From an uncultured Thermodesulfobacteriota bacterium (lineage in GTDB: Bacteria > Desulfobacterota > B13-G15), in NCBI GenBank assembly GCA_964543765.1, contig CAZIZI010000001.1, forward strand, positions 170,475-234,474: 64,000 nucleotides of DNA, given 5' to 3'. Position 1 is the stretch's first letter; each line of letters begins with the position of its first letter. A model generated the notes under the pieces. It saw nothing but the letters and a program-made list of their open reading frames with translations, did not search any database and had not been told where the DNA came from. A program made the translations under genes and the position numbers. Positions 54,640 to 64,000 of the stretch are shown piece by piece.

Positions 54640-55433
54640 TGCCTTTGAGGCTTAAGGTCGTAATAAAAGGAGCGGGTGAGCTCGGAAGTGCTGTCGGTTG
54701 GACCTTGAGAAGGTGTGGCTTTTATGTCCTCTTTACCGAGATCCCTCAACCTCTGGCGGTAAGAAGGAGAGTCTGTTTTAGCGAGGCTGTTTACGAGGGC
54801 GAGCAGGTGGTAGAAGGGGTAAAAGGGGTTTTGATTAAGGATCTTCAAGAGGTGGAGGATGTTTGGAAAAGGGGTGAGGTGGCCGTTATAGTGGACCCTG
54901 AGGGAAATTCGGTTTCTCTCATTAAGCCTGATGTTTTGGTGGATGCCATTATGGCTAAAAGGAACACCGGTACTTCTATGGATCAAGCTACTTTTACCAT
55001 AGGGCTTGGACCGGGGTTTTACGCGGGAAGGGATGTTCATGTGGTTATCGAGACCCAAAGGGGACATAACCTTGGAAGGGTCATTTATGAGGGGGAGGCC
55101 GAACCTAATACCGGTATTCCTGGAGAGATAAGAGGTTTCACCTGGCAAAGGGTATTAAGGGCTCCGAAGGAGGGGCTTTTTAAGCCATTAAAGGATATAG
55201 GAGATTCGGTGAAAAAGGGAGAAACGGTCGCCTTAGTGGATTCGGAACCTGTAACGGCTGCAATAGAGGGGGTTATAAGGGGACTTTTAAGAGAAGGTAT
55301 AAGGGTTCCAAAGGGTGAGAAGGTAGGGGACATTGATCCAAGGGGGATAAGGGATTATTGCTTCACTATTTCGGATAAGGCAAGAAGCGTAGCCGGAGGA
55401 GTCCTAAGAGCTATTCTTGAACGTTTCAATTGA
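54639..55433 (+). CDS. XdhC/CoxI-type Rossmann protein, YqeB/EF2563-like (selenium-dependent molybdenum hydroxylase maturation family)
   Basis: VVIKGAGELGSAVGWTLRRCGFYVLFTEIPQPLAVRRRVCFSEAVYEG matches my recollection of the YqeB-family core (VIRGGGDLASGVA-RL-RAGF-VVITE--QPLAVRR-V-F-EAVY); TAATG overlap with upstream gene. Confidence 0.55.
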   Translation: MPLRLKVVIKGAGELGSAVGWTLRRCGFYVLFTEIPQPLAVRRRVCFSEAVYEGEQVVEGVKGVLIKDLQEVEDVWKRGEVAVIVDPEGNSVSLIKPDVLVDAIMAKRNTGTSMDQATFTIGLGPGFYAGRDVHVVIETQRGHNLGRVIYEGEAEPNTGIPGEIRGFTWQRVLRAPKEGLFKPLKDIGDSVKKGETVALVDSEPVTAAIEGVIRGLLREGIRVPKGEKVGDIDPRGIRDYCFTISDKARSVAGGVLRAILERFN

Positions 55434-56176
55434 TGGTAGAAAAGCTTATAGAGGTACTTGGTTTAAAAAAAGGAGAAGTTATAAGTTTAGTCGGGGGAGG
55501 AGGAAAAACCACCTTAATGTTTCGCTTAGCTCAAGGCCTTACCAAAAAGGGATTCAAGGTAATAAGCACAACCACAACCAAGATAAAGGAACCCTCAAAT
55601 GAAGAGGTTCCCCTTTTACTTCTGGGAGAAGAAGAAAGGCTTTTATCGGCATTAAAAGCCCATCAGGATATTCCCCATATTACTTTAGCCCGAGAAAAAA
55701 CCAAAGAAGGAAAGCTAAAGGGGCTTTCGCCCGAATTCATCGGGGAGCTTTCCCGATGGGCCGATTTAGTCCTAGTTGAGGCCGATGGCTCTAAGGGAAG
55801 GCCCATTAAGGTTCATGGGCCAAATGAACCCGTTGTTCCAGAATGTACAACTTTATTTATAGCCCTTTTGGGAGCGGATGGTTTAGGTAAGCCCTTTTTG
55901 GAACAGTGGGTTTTTAGATTTGAAGAGGCCTTAAAGTTTTTTGACCTTAAGCCAGGCGATTTGATAGGGCCTGAGGTGCTAAGAAGGCTTGTTCTTTATG
56001 AGGAAGGCTTGATGAAGGGAAAACCCGAAGGAGTGAGAAGTTTAGTCTTCATTAACAAAGTGGAAGGAGAGGAACGGTTGGAATTAGCCCTTAGTTTGGC
56101 CTGTGAGCTCAAAAAGGAGGGAATTCGGGTCCTTTTGGGGAGTTTACTGGAAGGAAGCCTTATGGAGGGATTTTGA
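55430..56176 (+). CDS. yqeC: putative selenium-dependent hydroxylase accessory protein YqeC family
   Basis: ISLVGGGGKTTLMFRLAQGL...VISTTTTKI matches the YqeC P-loop pattern (VGAGGKTTL-F-LA...TTTTKM); 248 aa; ATGA overlap. Confidence 0.6.
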   Translation: MMVEKLIEVLGLKKGEVISLVGGGGKTTLMFRLAQGLTKKGFKVISTTTTKIKEPSNEEVPLLLLGEEERLLSALKAHQDIPHITLAREKTKEGKLKGLSPEFIGELSRWADLVLVEADGSKGRPIKVHGPNEPVVPECTTLFIALLGADGLGKPFLEQWVFRFEEALKFFDLKPGDLIGPEVLRRLVLYEEGLMKGKPEGVRSLVFINKVEGEERLELALSLACELKKEGIRVLLGSLLEGSLMEGF

Positions 56177-56601
56177 TGGATAAGGTTTTCTTATATGCGC
56201 TTTTAACGGCCATGTTATGGGGATTTGCCCCATTGTTTGGAAAAGTGGGTCTTAAAATGATGGATCCGCTTTTGGCTTTGGCTATAAGAACTTTTTTCGT
56301 ATTTTTAACAGTAAACTTTTTGATAATCTTTACTGGAAAAATAAAGGAGCTTTTTGCGCTTTTACCTTCACGAGGGGCCTTTTACGTGAGTTGTGAGGCC
56401 ATTTTTGGAGCCATTTTGGGGCAGCTCTTTTATTTTTATGCTTTAAAAGAAGGAGAGGCTTCAAGGGTTGTTCCCATTGCTTCCGCTTTTCCGCTTTTTA
56501 CAGCCTTATTTGCCTTTTTGTTTCTTGGGGAAAAATTTCAGTGGCAAAAGGTTTTGGGAGCCATTTTGATAGTGGGTGGAATGACTCTTTTGAGGAGGTA
56601 G
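56173..56601 (+). CDS. small EamA/DMT-family membrane transporter (4-TM half-size)
   Basis: 142 aa, four hydrophobic helices, [12 protein letters not shown] pattern of the EamA domain. Confidence 0.55.
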   Translation: MMDKVFLYALLTAMLWGFAPLFGKVGLKMMDPLLALAIRTFFVFLTVNFLIIFTGKIKELFALLPSRGAFYVSCEAIFGAILGQLFYFYALKEGEASRVVPIASAFPLFTALFAFLFLGEKFQWQKVLGAILIVGGMTLLRR

Positions 56602-56603
56602 AA

Positions 56604-57389
56604 ATGGGAAAGGCCTTTAAACTTGCCACTTATAATGTGAATTCCATAAGGTCGCGACTTGAATTGGTCTTGGATTGGTTGAAAAAGGAGAGACCTGATG
56701 TACTTTGCATGCAGGAGACCAAGGTTCCTGATTCGGAATTTCCCAAAGAGGCCTTTGAGGAGATTGGGTATAAGGTTTTTTTCCGAGGCACAAAAGGAGG
56801 GAGTGGTGTGGCGATCGCTACTTCCTCCGAACCTAAGGCCTTGCTCGCGGGCCTTGACGATGAACCAAGGGATGAGGATAGGCTTTTGGGGTGTAAAGTT
56901 CAAGGAATTTGGATTGTGAACACCTATGTACCTCAGGGTCAGAGCCCTGATTCGCCCATGTTCTCTTATAAACTTCAATGGTACGATAGGCTTTTGAAGT
57001 TCTTTCAGAATCATTTTAAACCCGAGGACCCCTTAATCTGGTGTGGGGATTTAAATGTGGCTCCTGAAGAAATAGACGTTCATAACCCAAAAAAGTTACT
57101 TGGACATGTCTGTTTCAGGCCCGAGGTTTGGGAGAAGTTTGAAAGGATAAAAAAATGGGGCTTTGTTGATCTTTTCAGGCTCCATCACCCGGGAGAAGGG
57201 GGGCACTATACCTTTTTTGATTACCGGGTGCCCAAGGCTTTAGAAAGAGGACTGGGATGGAGGGTTGATCACATTTTGGCAACCTCACCCTTAGCTTCTA
57301 AGTGTCGTAATTGTTGGATAGATCTTGAACCAAGAAAGGCCCCAAAACCTTCGGATCATACACCGCTTGTTGCGGAATTTGAGCTTTAG
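56604..57389 (+). CDS. xth: exodeoxyribonuclease III (AP endonuclease)
   Basis: [35 protein letters not shown] and later [25 protein letters not shown] motifs of the Xth/EEP family. Confidence 0.9.
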   Translation: MGKAFKLATYNVNSIRSRLELVLDWLKKERPDVLCMQETKVPDSEFPKEAFEEIGYKVFFRGTKGGSGVAIATSSEPKALLAGLDDEPRDEDRLLGCKVQGIWIVNTYVPQGQSPDSPMFSYKLQWYDRLLKFFQNHFKPEDPLIWCGDLNVAPEEIDVHNPKKLLGHVCFRPEVWEKFERIKKWGFVDLFRLHHPGEGGHYTFFDYRVPKALERGLGWRVDHILATSPLASKCRNCWIDLEPRKAPKPSDHTPLVAEFEL

Positions 57390-57400
57390 GGAGGAGGAAA

Positions 57401-58801
57401 ATGAGTAAGAAAATCTTTAAAGAACTGGAAAAGGAACTCAAACTTCAACCCAAATCCGTGTGGGATAAATACGATGATACCTTAAGAGAAGAGGCCTTTA
57501 AGTTCTGTGAGGGGTACAAGAAATTCCTCTTTCTGGCCAAAACCGAAAGGGAAAGCGTAGAAGAGATCCGCTCTCAGGCCAAGGAAAGGGGGTTTTCGGA
57601 AGAAGGGCCCAAGAAGTTTTACCTGGTCAACCGGGAAAAGGCTGTAGCTTTAGCCGTAATAGGTAAAAGGCCCATCGAGGAGGGTTTAAGGATCATAGTC
57701 TCTCACATAGACACGCCAAGGCTTGACCTCAAGCAGAATCCCCTTTTTGAGGACTTGGAGCTTGGTTTCTTTAGGACCCACTATTATGGGGGGATAAAGA
57801 AATATCACTGGGTAGGAATGCCCCTTGCGCTTCATGGGGTAATTGTAAAGGAAGACGGAACAAAGGTGAAAATAAGGATAGGCGAAGAGGAAGGCGATCC
57901 GATTTTTACCTGTTGTGATCTTTTGCCACATCTTTCGCGAAAGGTTCAGGAGGAGAAAAAACTAAAAGAGGCGATTGAAGGAGAGAAATTAATAGCTCTC
58001 GTAGGCCATATACCCTTGAAAGGGGATGAAGAGGCAAAAGAAAGGGTGAAAATGGGGATTCTTAAAATCCTCAAGGACAAATATGGGATCAAGGAGGAGG
58101 ACCTTATAAGCAGTGAGCTTCAGCTTGTTCCCGCGGGAAAGGCCGTTGACTTAGGGTTTGACAGATCTTTTGTAGGCGGTTATGGACAGGACGATAGGGT
58201 GTGCGCTTATTGTGCCCTTCAAGCCATCCTTGAGCTTGAGGAGCCTGAGTATACGGTTCTTGTCCTCTTCTTTGACAGGGAAGAGATAGGTTCCGAGGGG
58301 GCCACTGGGGCAAAGTCGAGGTTTTTAGAGGTGTTTTTAGGAAGGATCTTGCGGACTTTGGGCCAAGAAGCTTCGGAGATGGGTTTACGGGAGATCCTTT
58401 ACAAATCGAAGGCCATAAGTGCCGATGTGACAGCGGGGGTTGATCCAAATTGGAAGGAGGTCCATGAGCTTCAAAATAATGCCCGGATAGGTTATGGCGT
58501 TGCCCTTTCCAAGTTTACAGGTGCTGGAGGGAAATACGCTACAAGTGAGGCCTCGGCCGAGTATGTGGCAGAGATAAGGAGGCTTTTGAACCGAAGGAGG
58601 ATAAGTTGGCAGATGGCCGAATTGGGGAAGGTGGACGAAGGAGGGGGAGGAACAGTGGCCAAGTATCTAGCCATTTACGGAATGGACATAATAGATTGTG
58701 GGACACCCCTTTTGGGGATGCATTCGCCCTTTGAGGTGGCCTCGAAGGCCGATATCTATGAGACTTACCGGGCCTATAAGGCATTTTTGGAATGGCAATG
58801 A
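57401..58801 (+). CDS. M18-family aminopeptidase (aspartyl aminopeptidase-like)
   Basis: [19 protein letters not shown] and [11 protein letters not shown]... match the M18 signature (SHTDSP-L-LKP); 466 aa. Confidence 0.8.
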   Translation: MSKKIFKELEKELKLQPKSVWDKYDDTLREEAFKFCEGYKKFLFLAKTERESVEEIRSQAKERGFSEEGPKKFYLVNREKAVALAVIGKRPIEEGLRIIVSHIDTPRLDLKQNPLFEDLELGFFRTHYYGGIKKYHWVGMPLALHGVIVKEDGTKVKIRIGEEEGDPIFTCCDLLPHLSRKVQEEKKLKEAIEGEKLIALVGHIPLKGDEEAKERVKMGILKILKDKYGIKEEDLISSELQLVPAGKAVDLGFDRSFVGGYGQDDRVCAYCALQAILELEEPEYTVLVLFFDREEIGSEGATGAKSRFLEVFLGRILRTLGQEASEMGLREILYKSKAISADVTAGVDPNWKEVHELQNNARIGYGVALSKFTGAGGKYATSEASAEYVAEIRRLLNRRRISWQMAELGKVDEGGGGTVAKYLAIYGMDIIDCGTPLLGMHSPFEVASKADIYETYRAYKAFLEWQ

Positions 58802-59271
58802 GGGTTTCTTCTTCGAAGATAAAGGATCGGGAGGAACTAAAAAGGATCGTTCAAGAGCTAAAACAAGAAGGGAAAAAGATAGTCTTCACCAATGGGTGTT
58901 TTGACCTTCTTCATCCGGGTCATATCAAGTGTTTGGAGGAGGCCAAAAGGCTCGGGGATGTACTTATTGTGGGAGTCAATTCCGATCAGTCGGTAAGAAG
59001 GCTCAAAGGCCCTGAACGCCCCATTATGCCCCTTTGGGGGAGGATGACCCTTTTATGTGCTTTAGAAGCGGTAGATTACGTGGTTTCGTTTGATGAGGAC
59101 ACCCCGTTGGAACTGATAAAAGAACTCCAACCCGACGTTTTAGTCAAAGGAGGAGATTGGAAAGAAGAAGAGGTAGTGGGAAGGGAACTGGTTTCGGAGG
59201 TGAGGATAATAAAATATGAAGAAGGTTTTTCTACGACTTCTCTTATTGAGAAAATCAGGAAGGGCGCCTGA
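58792..59271 (+). CDS. D-glycero-beta-D-manno-heptose-1-phosphate adenylyltransferase (RfaE domain II / cytidylyltransferase-like)
   Basis: [43 protein letters not shown] (HxGH nucleotidyltransferase motif); 159 aa. Confidence 0.8.
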   Translation: MAMRVSSSKIKDREELKRIVQELKQEGKKIVFTNGCFDLLHPGHIKCLEEAKRLGDVLIVGVNSDQSVRRLKGPERPIMPLWGRMTLLCALEAVDYVVSFDEDTPLELIKELQPDVLVKGGDWKEEEVVGRELVSEVRIIKYEEGFSTTSLIEKIRKGA

Positions 59272-60835
59272 AGTATTTTAGAAGCTCCTTTTCGCTTATC
59301 TCCCACAAAAGGGGCCTTCCATGAGGGCAGGTTTTTGGACGGCCAAGTGCATCCCATTCTTTAAGTAAAGCCAAAATTTCTTCCTGAGGAAGGGACTCAT
59401 TGAATTTCCGAGCCCCCTTACAGGCGAAAAGCTTAAGGATTTCTTCAAGTTTCATTTCCAAAATCCCTTCTTGGAGGGAACCGATCTCTTGAAGGACTTC
59501 CTTTACCTCCTCCACCTTCAAAAAACTCGGTATTGACTTTACCCAGAGGCTCTTCGGGCCAAAGGATTCGAACTGAAATCCCAATTCCTCAAGAAACTCT
59601 TTTAAAGCGGATATCTCCTTTATCTCCTCCTCTTCCAACTCCACAATCAGAGGAAAGAGAAGGGGGTTTGAATCGAAACGCTTCTTTTTGCCCCTTTCGT
59701 AAAGGATCCTTTCGTTTAAGGCGTGTTGATCGAAGATCAAAAGCCCGTTTGCGTTCTCCACTAAAAGAAAGCCTTCTTTCAATTGTCCTATTACTTTAAA
59801 GTTATCCTCCAAAGGAAAAGAAAGTGGCTCAAACTTTTCCGATTCGAAAGAGCTTACCCCTTTTCTGAGAAGGCCCTTTAGGGTGTCCTTTATGAAACTG
59901 TAAATCTTCTCCGGCTCAAGAAACCTTACCTCTATTTTTGTAGGGTGCACATTCACATCCACTTCTTCAGGAGGAACTTTAAGGTTCAAAATGACAAAAG
60001 GGTAAGTTCCCCGGGGAATCAGATCCGAGTAAATTTCGTTCAAGATCTGAAGGCCCCCCTTTTCCCTCACAAAACGGTTGTTAACAAAAAAGTAAATCCC
60101 CCGTGTATTTCCCCGATAAAGTTCCTTTCCGATCCAGCCCTCAAGTTTAAGATATCCCTTCTCGGCTTGAACCTCTAAAAGCTTACCCTCCAAGTCCTTC
60201 CCAAAAAGAAGGAGGATCCTCTCCTTTGGAGAAGTGGGAGGAAGAAGTAAGAGCTCTTTTCCTTCGTGACTTAACTCAAAAAACACCTCCGGTTTAGGGA
60301 TGGCTAACCTCACGAGGGCTTCTATACACGCATCAAGTTCGGTTTTTGTGCTTTTTAAAAACTTTCTTCGTACCGGAAGGTTAAAGAAAAGTTCTTGAAC
60401 AAAAACGCTTGTCCCCCTTGGAGCTCCCACAGTCCTTTTCGAGAGAAGTTTCCCGCCTTCCACGTAAAGGCTTACTCCCTCATAACCTTCGGCTTTGGTG
60501 ATCAACGTAAGCTTTGAGACACTTGCTATAGAAGGAAGGGCCTCTCCTCGGAAGCCATAGGTAAGGATTTTTTCAAGATCCTCTTCGCTTCGGATTTTGG
60601 AGGTGGCATGATGCAATAAGGCAAGTTCAGCATCCTCTGGGCTCATGCCCTCCCCGTCGTCCCTCACAATTATGGAACGTTTTCCCCCTTCCTCAAGCTG
60701 AACCACGATCTTTTTGGCACTTGCATCAAGGGCGTTTTCCACAAGTTCCTTTACAACCGAAAAAGGCCTCTCGATCACTTCTCCAGCAGCGATTTTGGCC
60801 ACAAGCTCCAAGGGAAGGATCCTTACTTTTCCCAA
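59255..60835 (-). CDS. mutL: DNA mismatch repair protein MutL
   Basis: [33 protein letters not shown] (GHKL ATPase N-box) and C-terminal dimerisation domain. Confidence 0.9.
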   Translation of the reverse strand: MGKVRILPLELVAKIAAGEVIERPFSVVKELVENALDASAKKIVVQLEEGGKRSIIVRDDGEGMSPEDAELALLHHATSKIRSEEDLEKILTYGFRGEALPSIASVSKLTLITKAEGYEGVSLYVEGGKLLSKRTVGAPRGTSVFVQELFFNLPVRRKFLKSTKTELDACIEALVRLAIPKPEVFFELSHEGKELLLLPPTSPKERILLLFGKDLEGKLLEVQAEKGYLKLEGWIGKELYRGNTRGIYFFVNNRFVREKGGLQILNEIYSDLIPRGTYPFVILNLKVPPEEVDVNVHPTKIEVRFLEPEKIYSFIKDTLKGLLRKGVSSFESEKFEPLSFPLEDNFKVIGQLKEGFLLVENANGLLIFDQHALNERILYERGKKKRFDSNPLLFPLIVELEEEEIKEISALKEFLEELGFQFESFGPKSLWVKSIPSFLKVEEVKEVLQEIGSLQEGILEMKLEEILKLFACKGARKFNESLPQEEILALLKEWDALGRPKTCPHGRPLLWEISEKELLKYFRRPS

Positions 60836-62154
60836 CTTTCGATCTCCTCTCTCTCCTTTTCAAAACCCTTTCTGCCGAGTATTCCCCAAGTTAGCCTTTT
60901 ACCTCTTTCAACAGCTGGTTGTGTAAGCGGATCGATTCCGTAAAACTCCCCAAGTAAAAGCACTTCAAACTCCCACAGGAAAAACAGGGCTCCCAAGGCC
61001 TTAATTGAATTTTGGAGGTTTATCCTATAAAAAGGACACCCCCTTTCCTCAAGGACGAATTCGGTAGCCTTCTTTTCACTAAGCAGAATTTCCCCCATCT
61101 CCTTGCCCCAAAGACAATAGGTCTCATCCCTCGGGAACTCCTCAGGAAGTTTAAGGGAGGGGTATTCCTTAAGGCCTAAAACCGTAAAGACCTTATCCTT
61201 GGGGCCTTCAAGCCAGAGCTGAAGCTGGGAATGTTGATCGGTTGTGCCCCTTGAGACCATAGGAGTAGGAGCTAAATCTTCCCGTTTTCCTAAACTTTCT
61301 CCCACAAGCTGATTCCTCCAAAAGCCAAGCGGGAAGAGTCCATCTCCATAAATTAAAGTTATCCATATGGGCTTTCCATAATTTTTATGAAGGAGAAAAA
61401 GGCTCATGGCCACTTCTAAAGCCACTCCTCCCTCTTCTTCCCTTATCCACCGATCTGCCTCTATGGCCCCAAGGAGCAGTTCCTCCCCGTTTATCCCCAA
61501 AGTTACCGAAGGAACAAGTCCCACTGCTGAAAGGGCCGAATACCTTCCCACTACTCCTTCTTCGATGGGGAAGCTCCTTAAGCCCTCTTGTTCGGCCAGT
61601 TCCCTTAGAGGCCCCTTTTTAGGGTCGGTTATTATGACCATGCGCTCCTTCCAGTCTGGGAAACAGTCCTTTAAGGCCTTGAGGAAAAGAAGAAGCTGAG
61701 AAAGGGTCTCAAGGGTTGATCCTGACTTACTTATAGCCAAAACAAGAGGATTTCCCTCTCTTGCCTCCTCAAGGGCCTTTTGGCAAGTTGAGGGGTCCAC
61801 GTTGTCAAGGAAAAAGACCTTAGGCCCATTAGGTCCTGCCTTGCTTTCAAGAAGCATCCATGGGTGAAAGGTGAAATGGGCTATGGCCTGAGGAGCAAGA
61901 CAGGAACCTCCGATACCCAGAACCACAACCGGATCAAACCTCAATGAAAGCTCTTTTGACTTTTCCAAAATCTCTTCAGTGTCCTTTCGATAGGAAAGGT
62001 CCAAAAAAGGTAGCTCCCCTCGGTTTCTTTTAGTTTGTACGTTCCAAAGGGCCCTTTGTCCCTTTGGCCAAAATGAATCAACTTCCTTCCGCTCGATCCC
62101 TCCGGGGTTTAAGTCTTTAAAAAGATGTCTTGTATCAACCTCTATTGCTCTCAA
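60823..62154 (-). CDS. pgi: glucose-6-phosphate isomerase (short bacterial/archaeal type)
   Basis: VVVLGIGGSCLAPQAI (SIS-domain GIGGS-LG motif) and conserved C-terminal catalytic region; 443 aa. Confidence 0.8.
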   Translation of the reverse strand: MRAIEVDTRHLFKDLNPGGIERKEVDSFWPKGQRALWNVQTKRNRGELPFLDLSYRKDTEEILEKSKELSLRFDPVVVLGIGGSCLAPQAIAHFTFHPWMLLESKAGPNGPKVFFLDNVDPSTCQKALEEAREGNPLVLAISKSGSTLETLSQLLLFLKALKDCFPDWKERMVIITDPKKGPLRELAEQEGLRSFPIEEGVVGRYSALSAVGLVPSVTLGINGEELLLGAIEADRWIREEEGGVALEVAMSLFLLHKNYGKPIWITLIYGDGLFPLGFWRNQLVGESLGKREDLAPTPMVSRGTTDQHSQLQLWLEGPKDKVFTVLGLKEYPSLKLPEEFPRDETYCLWGKEMGEILLSEKKATEFVLEERGCPFYRINLQNSIKALGALFFLWEFEVLLLGEFYGIDPLTQPAVERGKRLTWGILGRKGFEKEREEIESWEK

Positions 62155-63103
62155 GGAAAACCCCCATTTTTTTATATTTTTGATAACGCCTTTCTAAAAG
62201 CTCTTCCTCTTTCAATTTTAAAAGCTCCCCTAAATGTCTCGAGATCGCCTCTTTAACGGAGGAGAAACAAACTATCCAATTCCGCTGGGCCCCTCCTAAG
62301 GGTTCGGGTATGATCTCGTCGATTATTCCGAGCTCCTTCAGGTCTTGGGCCGTGAGCTTGAGCTGGGAAGCGGCTTCGGGGGCCTTATCCCGGGTTCGCC
62401 ACAAAATGGCAGCGCACCCCTCTGGTGATATAACCGAGAAGGTGGCATTCTCAAGCATTAAAAGTCTATCGGCCAGACATATGGCCAATGCCCCTCCCGA
62501 TCCTCCTTCGCCTATTATGACTGAAACGATGGGAATTGGAAGAAGGGACATCTCAAGCAGATTAGTGGCTATGGCCTCGGCCTGTCCCCTTTCCTCCGCC
62601 CCTACGCCAGGATAAGCCCCTGGGGTATCCACAAAGGTGATTATGGGCTTTTTAAAACGAGCCCCAAGTTTCATCACCCTAAGGGCCTTTCGATAGCCCT
62701 CGGGGTGGGGCATCCCGAAATTACGGGCCTTAAGTTCGTAGATATTACTGCCTTTTTGTTGCCCAATTACGACGCAAGTTCTTCCCTCAAATTTTCCAAA
62801 GCCCGCAACAATCGCCGGGTCATCCCCAAAACGGCGGTCACCATGTAGTTCGATGAAGTCTTCAAAAAGGGCCTTTATGAAATCCAAAGCATGGGGTCTG
62901 TCTATATGACGAGAAAGCTGAGTTTTTTGCCAAGGAGTGAGGTTCGAATAGACTTCCCGAAGGGCCTTTTGTAATTTCTTCTCAAGCTCTTCAAGCCTCT
63001 TTCTTGCCTTAGGATCATCCGGAAGGGAAAACTGCTTAAGTTCCTCATACTCCCTCTCAAGCTCCATCAAAGGCCTTTCAAAATCAAGGTAATGTCTGAG
63101 CAT
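62135..63103 (-). CDS. accA: acetyl-CoA carboxylase carboxyltransferase alpha subunit
   Basis: MLRHYLDFERPLMELEREYEEL N-terminus and crotonase-fold CT domain (GGALAI, PEGCAAILW); start at ATG 63103 overlapping the dnaE stop. Confidence 0.9.
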   Translation of the reverse strand: MLRHYLDFERPLMELEREYEELKQFSLPDDPKARKRLEELEKKLQKALREVYSNLTPWQKTQLSRHIDRPHALDFIKALFEDFIELHGDRRFGDDPAIVAGFGKFEGRTCVVIGQQKGSNIYELKARNFGMPHPEGYRKALRVMKLGARFKKPIITFVDTPGAYPGVGAEERGQAEAIATNLLEMSLLPIPIVSVIIGEGGSGGALAICLADRLLMLENATFSVISPEGCAAILWRTRDKAPEAASQLKLTAQDLKELGIIDEIIPEPLGGAQRNWIVCFSSVKEAISRHLGELLKLKEEELLERRYQKYKKMGVFLESNRG

Positions 63104-64000
63104 CACTCTACCTCCATCCAAAAGGAATGAGGTCCTAAAAGGCGCTCAAGGTCAGCCCTCAGGTTTTCACTCGCTTTTACCCTTAAAGGATCAGGAAGCC
63201 TCACGACAACTTCCCTTTCCCCATCGATCAAGTGCAGGAGGACCTCGCAGGGGCCTTGGTGTCTTAAAAAGGTCGATTTCAAAGCCTCAAGGTCCTTTAC
63301 CGATAGGGCCTTAAGCTTTATTTTGAGCCGTATTCTCTTAGGCTCCTGCTCGGAAAGGTCTTCATTTATAGCTTTAATCGATTGGACCCTTATCCTCGGT
63401 CTTCCCTCCTCATCCTTCTCCAAGATCCCTTCCACTTTGAGGGGAATTTCTTGAAAGAGTAAATTCGATACTTCTCTAAATAAATCGGGAAAGACCACCC
63501 CTTCGATCCTCCCCGTTAAGTCCTCCAATTCTATTACGGCCATCCGATCGCCCTTACGGGTTCGGATCTCCCTAACTTCACTTATGAGGCCCACAAGCGA
63601 GACTTCTTCTCCTCCCTCCAGGTCTTCAAGGGATCTTATTTGTTTTTTTGAGTGCCTGGTGAGGAGTTCCTCATAGTCCTTTAATGGGTGTCCGCTGAGA
63701 TAAAACCCCAGAACCTCCTTTTCCGCTCGGAGAAGTTCAGAGGTGCTCCAATTGGGTAATGGAGGGAGCTCTTCCGAGGTGTTTTTGAAAAGTGTGACCT
63801 GATTGAGGCTTTTCTTCGCCGATCTTTCCAGTACCCGACCCAAAAGGGCTAAAAGTTTTGATCTTTCGCCAAACTGATCGAAGGCCCCCGCTTTAATAAG
63901 GCTCTCTATGGCTCTTCGGTTTACCTTTCTTCCATCAACCCGAAGGCAAAAGTTGGTAAAGTTCCGGAAGGGCCCCTCTTTTCTCGCCTCCAGAATGGCT
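63103..64000 (-). CDS. dnaE: DNA polymerase III alpha subunit, C-terminal part (gene continues beyond window end)
   Basis: C-terminal OB-fold region ...VSLVGLISEVREIRTRKGDRMAVIELEDLTGRIEGVVFPDLF and the frame stays open to position 64000. Confidence 0.8.
   Translation of the reverse strand, partial: AILEARKEGPFRNFTNFCLRVDGRKVNRRAIESLIKAGAFDQFGERSKLLALLGRVLERSAKKSLNQVTLFKNTSEELPPLPNWSTSELLRAEKEVLGFYLSGHPLKDYEELLTRHSKKQIRSLEDLEGGEEVSLVGLISEVREIRTRKGDRMAVIELEDLTGRIEGVVFPDLFREVSNLLFQEIPLKVEGILEKDEEGRPRIRVQSIKAINEDLSEQEPKRIRLKIKLKALSVKDLEALKSTFLRHQGPCEVLLHLIDGEREVVVRLPDPLRVKASENLRADLERLLGPHSFWMEVE

Overview
This 64-kb window looks like chromosome from a thermophilic anaerobic bacterium, judging by K/E-rich proteins, frequent GTG/TTG starts with strong GGAGG ribosome-binding sites, and sulfate-reducer-like periplasmic redox modules. 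I cannot name the taxon from sequence alone. Gene density is high and many genes are translationally coupled.

Main content, 5' to 3':
- **1-9 kb, prenylated-FMN (prFMN) decarboxylase cluster.** Three UbiD-family decarboxylase paralogs, the UbiX flavin prenyltransferase, an archaeal-type CTP-dependent riboflavin kinase fused to a HAD phosphatase domain, a type-2 (FMN-dependent) IPP isomerase, a UPF0261/Tm-1-like protein and two small unknown proteins.
- **9-10.2 kb.** plsY, tRNA-Pro(CGG) and an archaemetzincin.
- **10.2-20 kb, respiratory/redox locus.**
  - A sigma54-like promoter candidate.
  - Two GcvH-like lipoyl-carrier-type proteins, one with a duplicated Cys motif and one membrane-anchored.
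  - A Tat-exported HybA-like FeS subunit, an NrfD-like membrane subunit and a tetraheme cytochrome c3 split by a frameshift.
  - A sensor kinase with heme-c motifs in its periplasmic domain and a sigma54 NtrC-type regulator.
  - Convergently, a lipoprotein, a ferredoxin, a 7-heme cytochrome c with an EF-hand motif and a cytochrome b.
- **20-31.9 kb, housekeeping.** mltD, aspS, a DUF488 protein, proS, an epimerase, an HMGL/LeuA-like enzyme fused to a Cache-like domain, queA, purC, tsaC and larB.
- **32-40 kb.** A cytoplasmic bis-MGD molybdopterin oxidoreductase, a VKOR protein, and a three-subunit xanthine-dehydrogenase-family molybdoenzyme whose FAD subunit carries an inserted GltD-like NAD(P)H oxidoreductase module.
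- **40.2-47.5 kb, decayed defense island.** hsdR, hsdM, an MNT/HEPN pair, hsdS and radC are all pseudogenes, followed by a disrupted HdrD/GlpC-like gene.
- **47.5-64 kb.**
  - A radical SAM enzyme, an EF-G paralog, dtd and a Memo-AMMECR1 fusion.
  - A MoeA/MogA-like protein plus YqeB/YqeC-type selenium-dependent molybdenum-hydroxylase maturation genes.
  - xth, an M18 aminopeptidase, rfaE-II, mutL, pgi, accA and the dnaE 3' end.

Five genes (UbiD-3, cytochrome c3, HEPN, radC, HdrD-like) are interrupted by frameshifts, mostly in short homopolymer runs, so sequencing indels cannot be excluded. The TAA and TGA nonsense codons in the island argue for real decay there.
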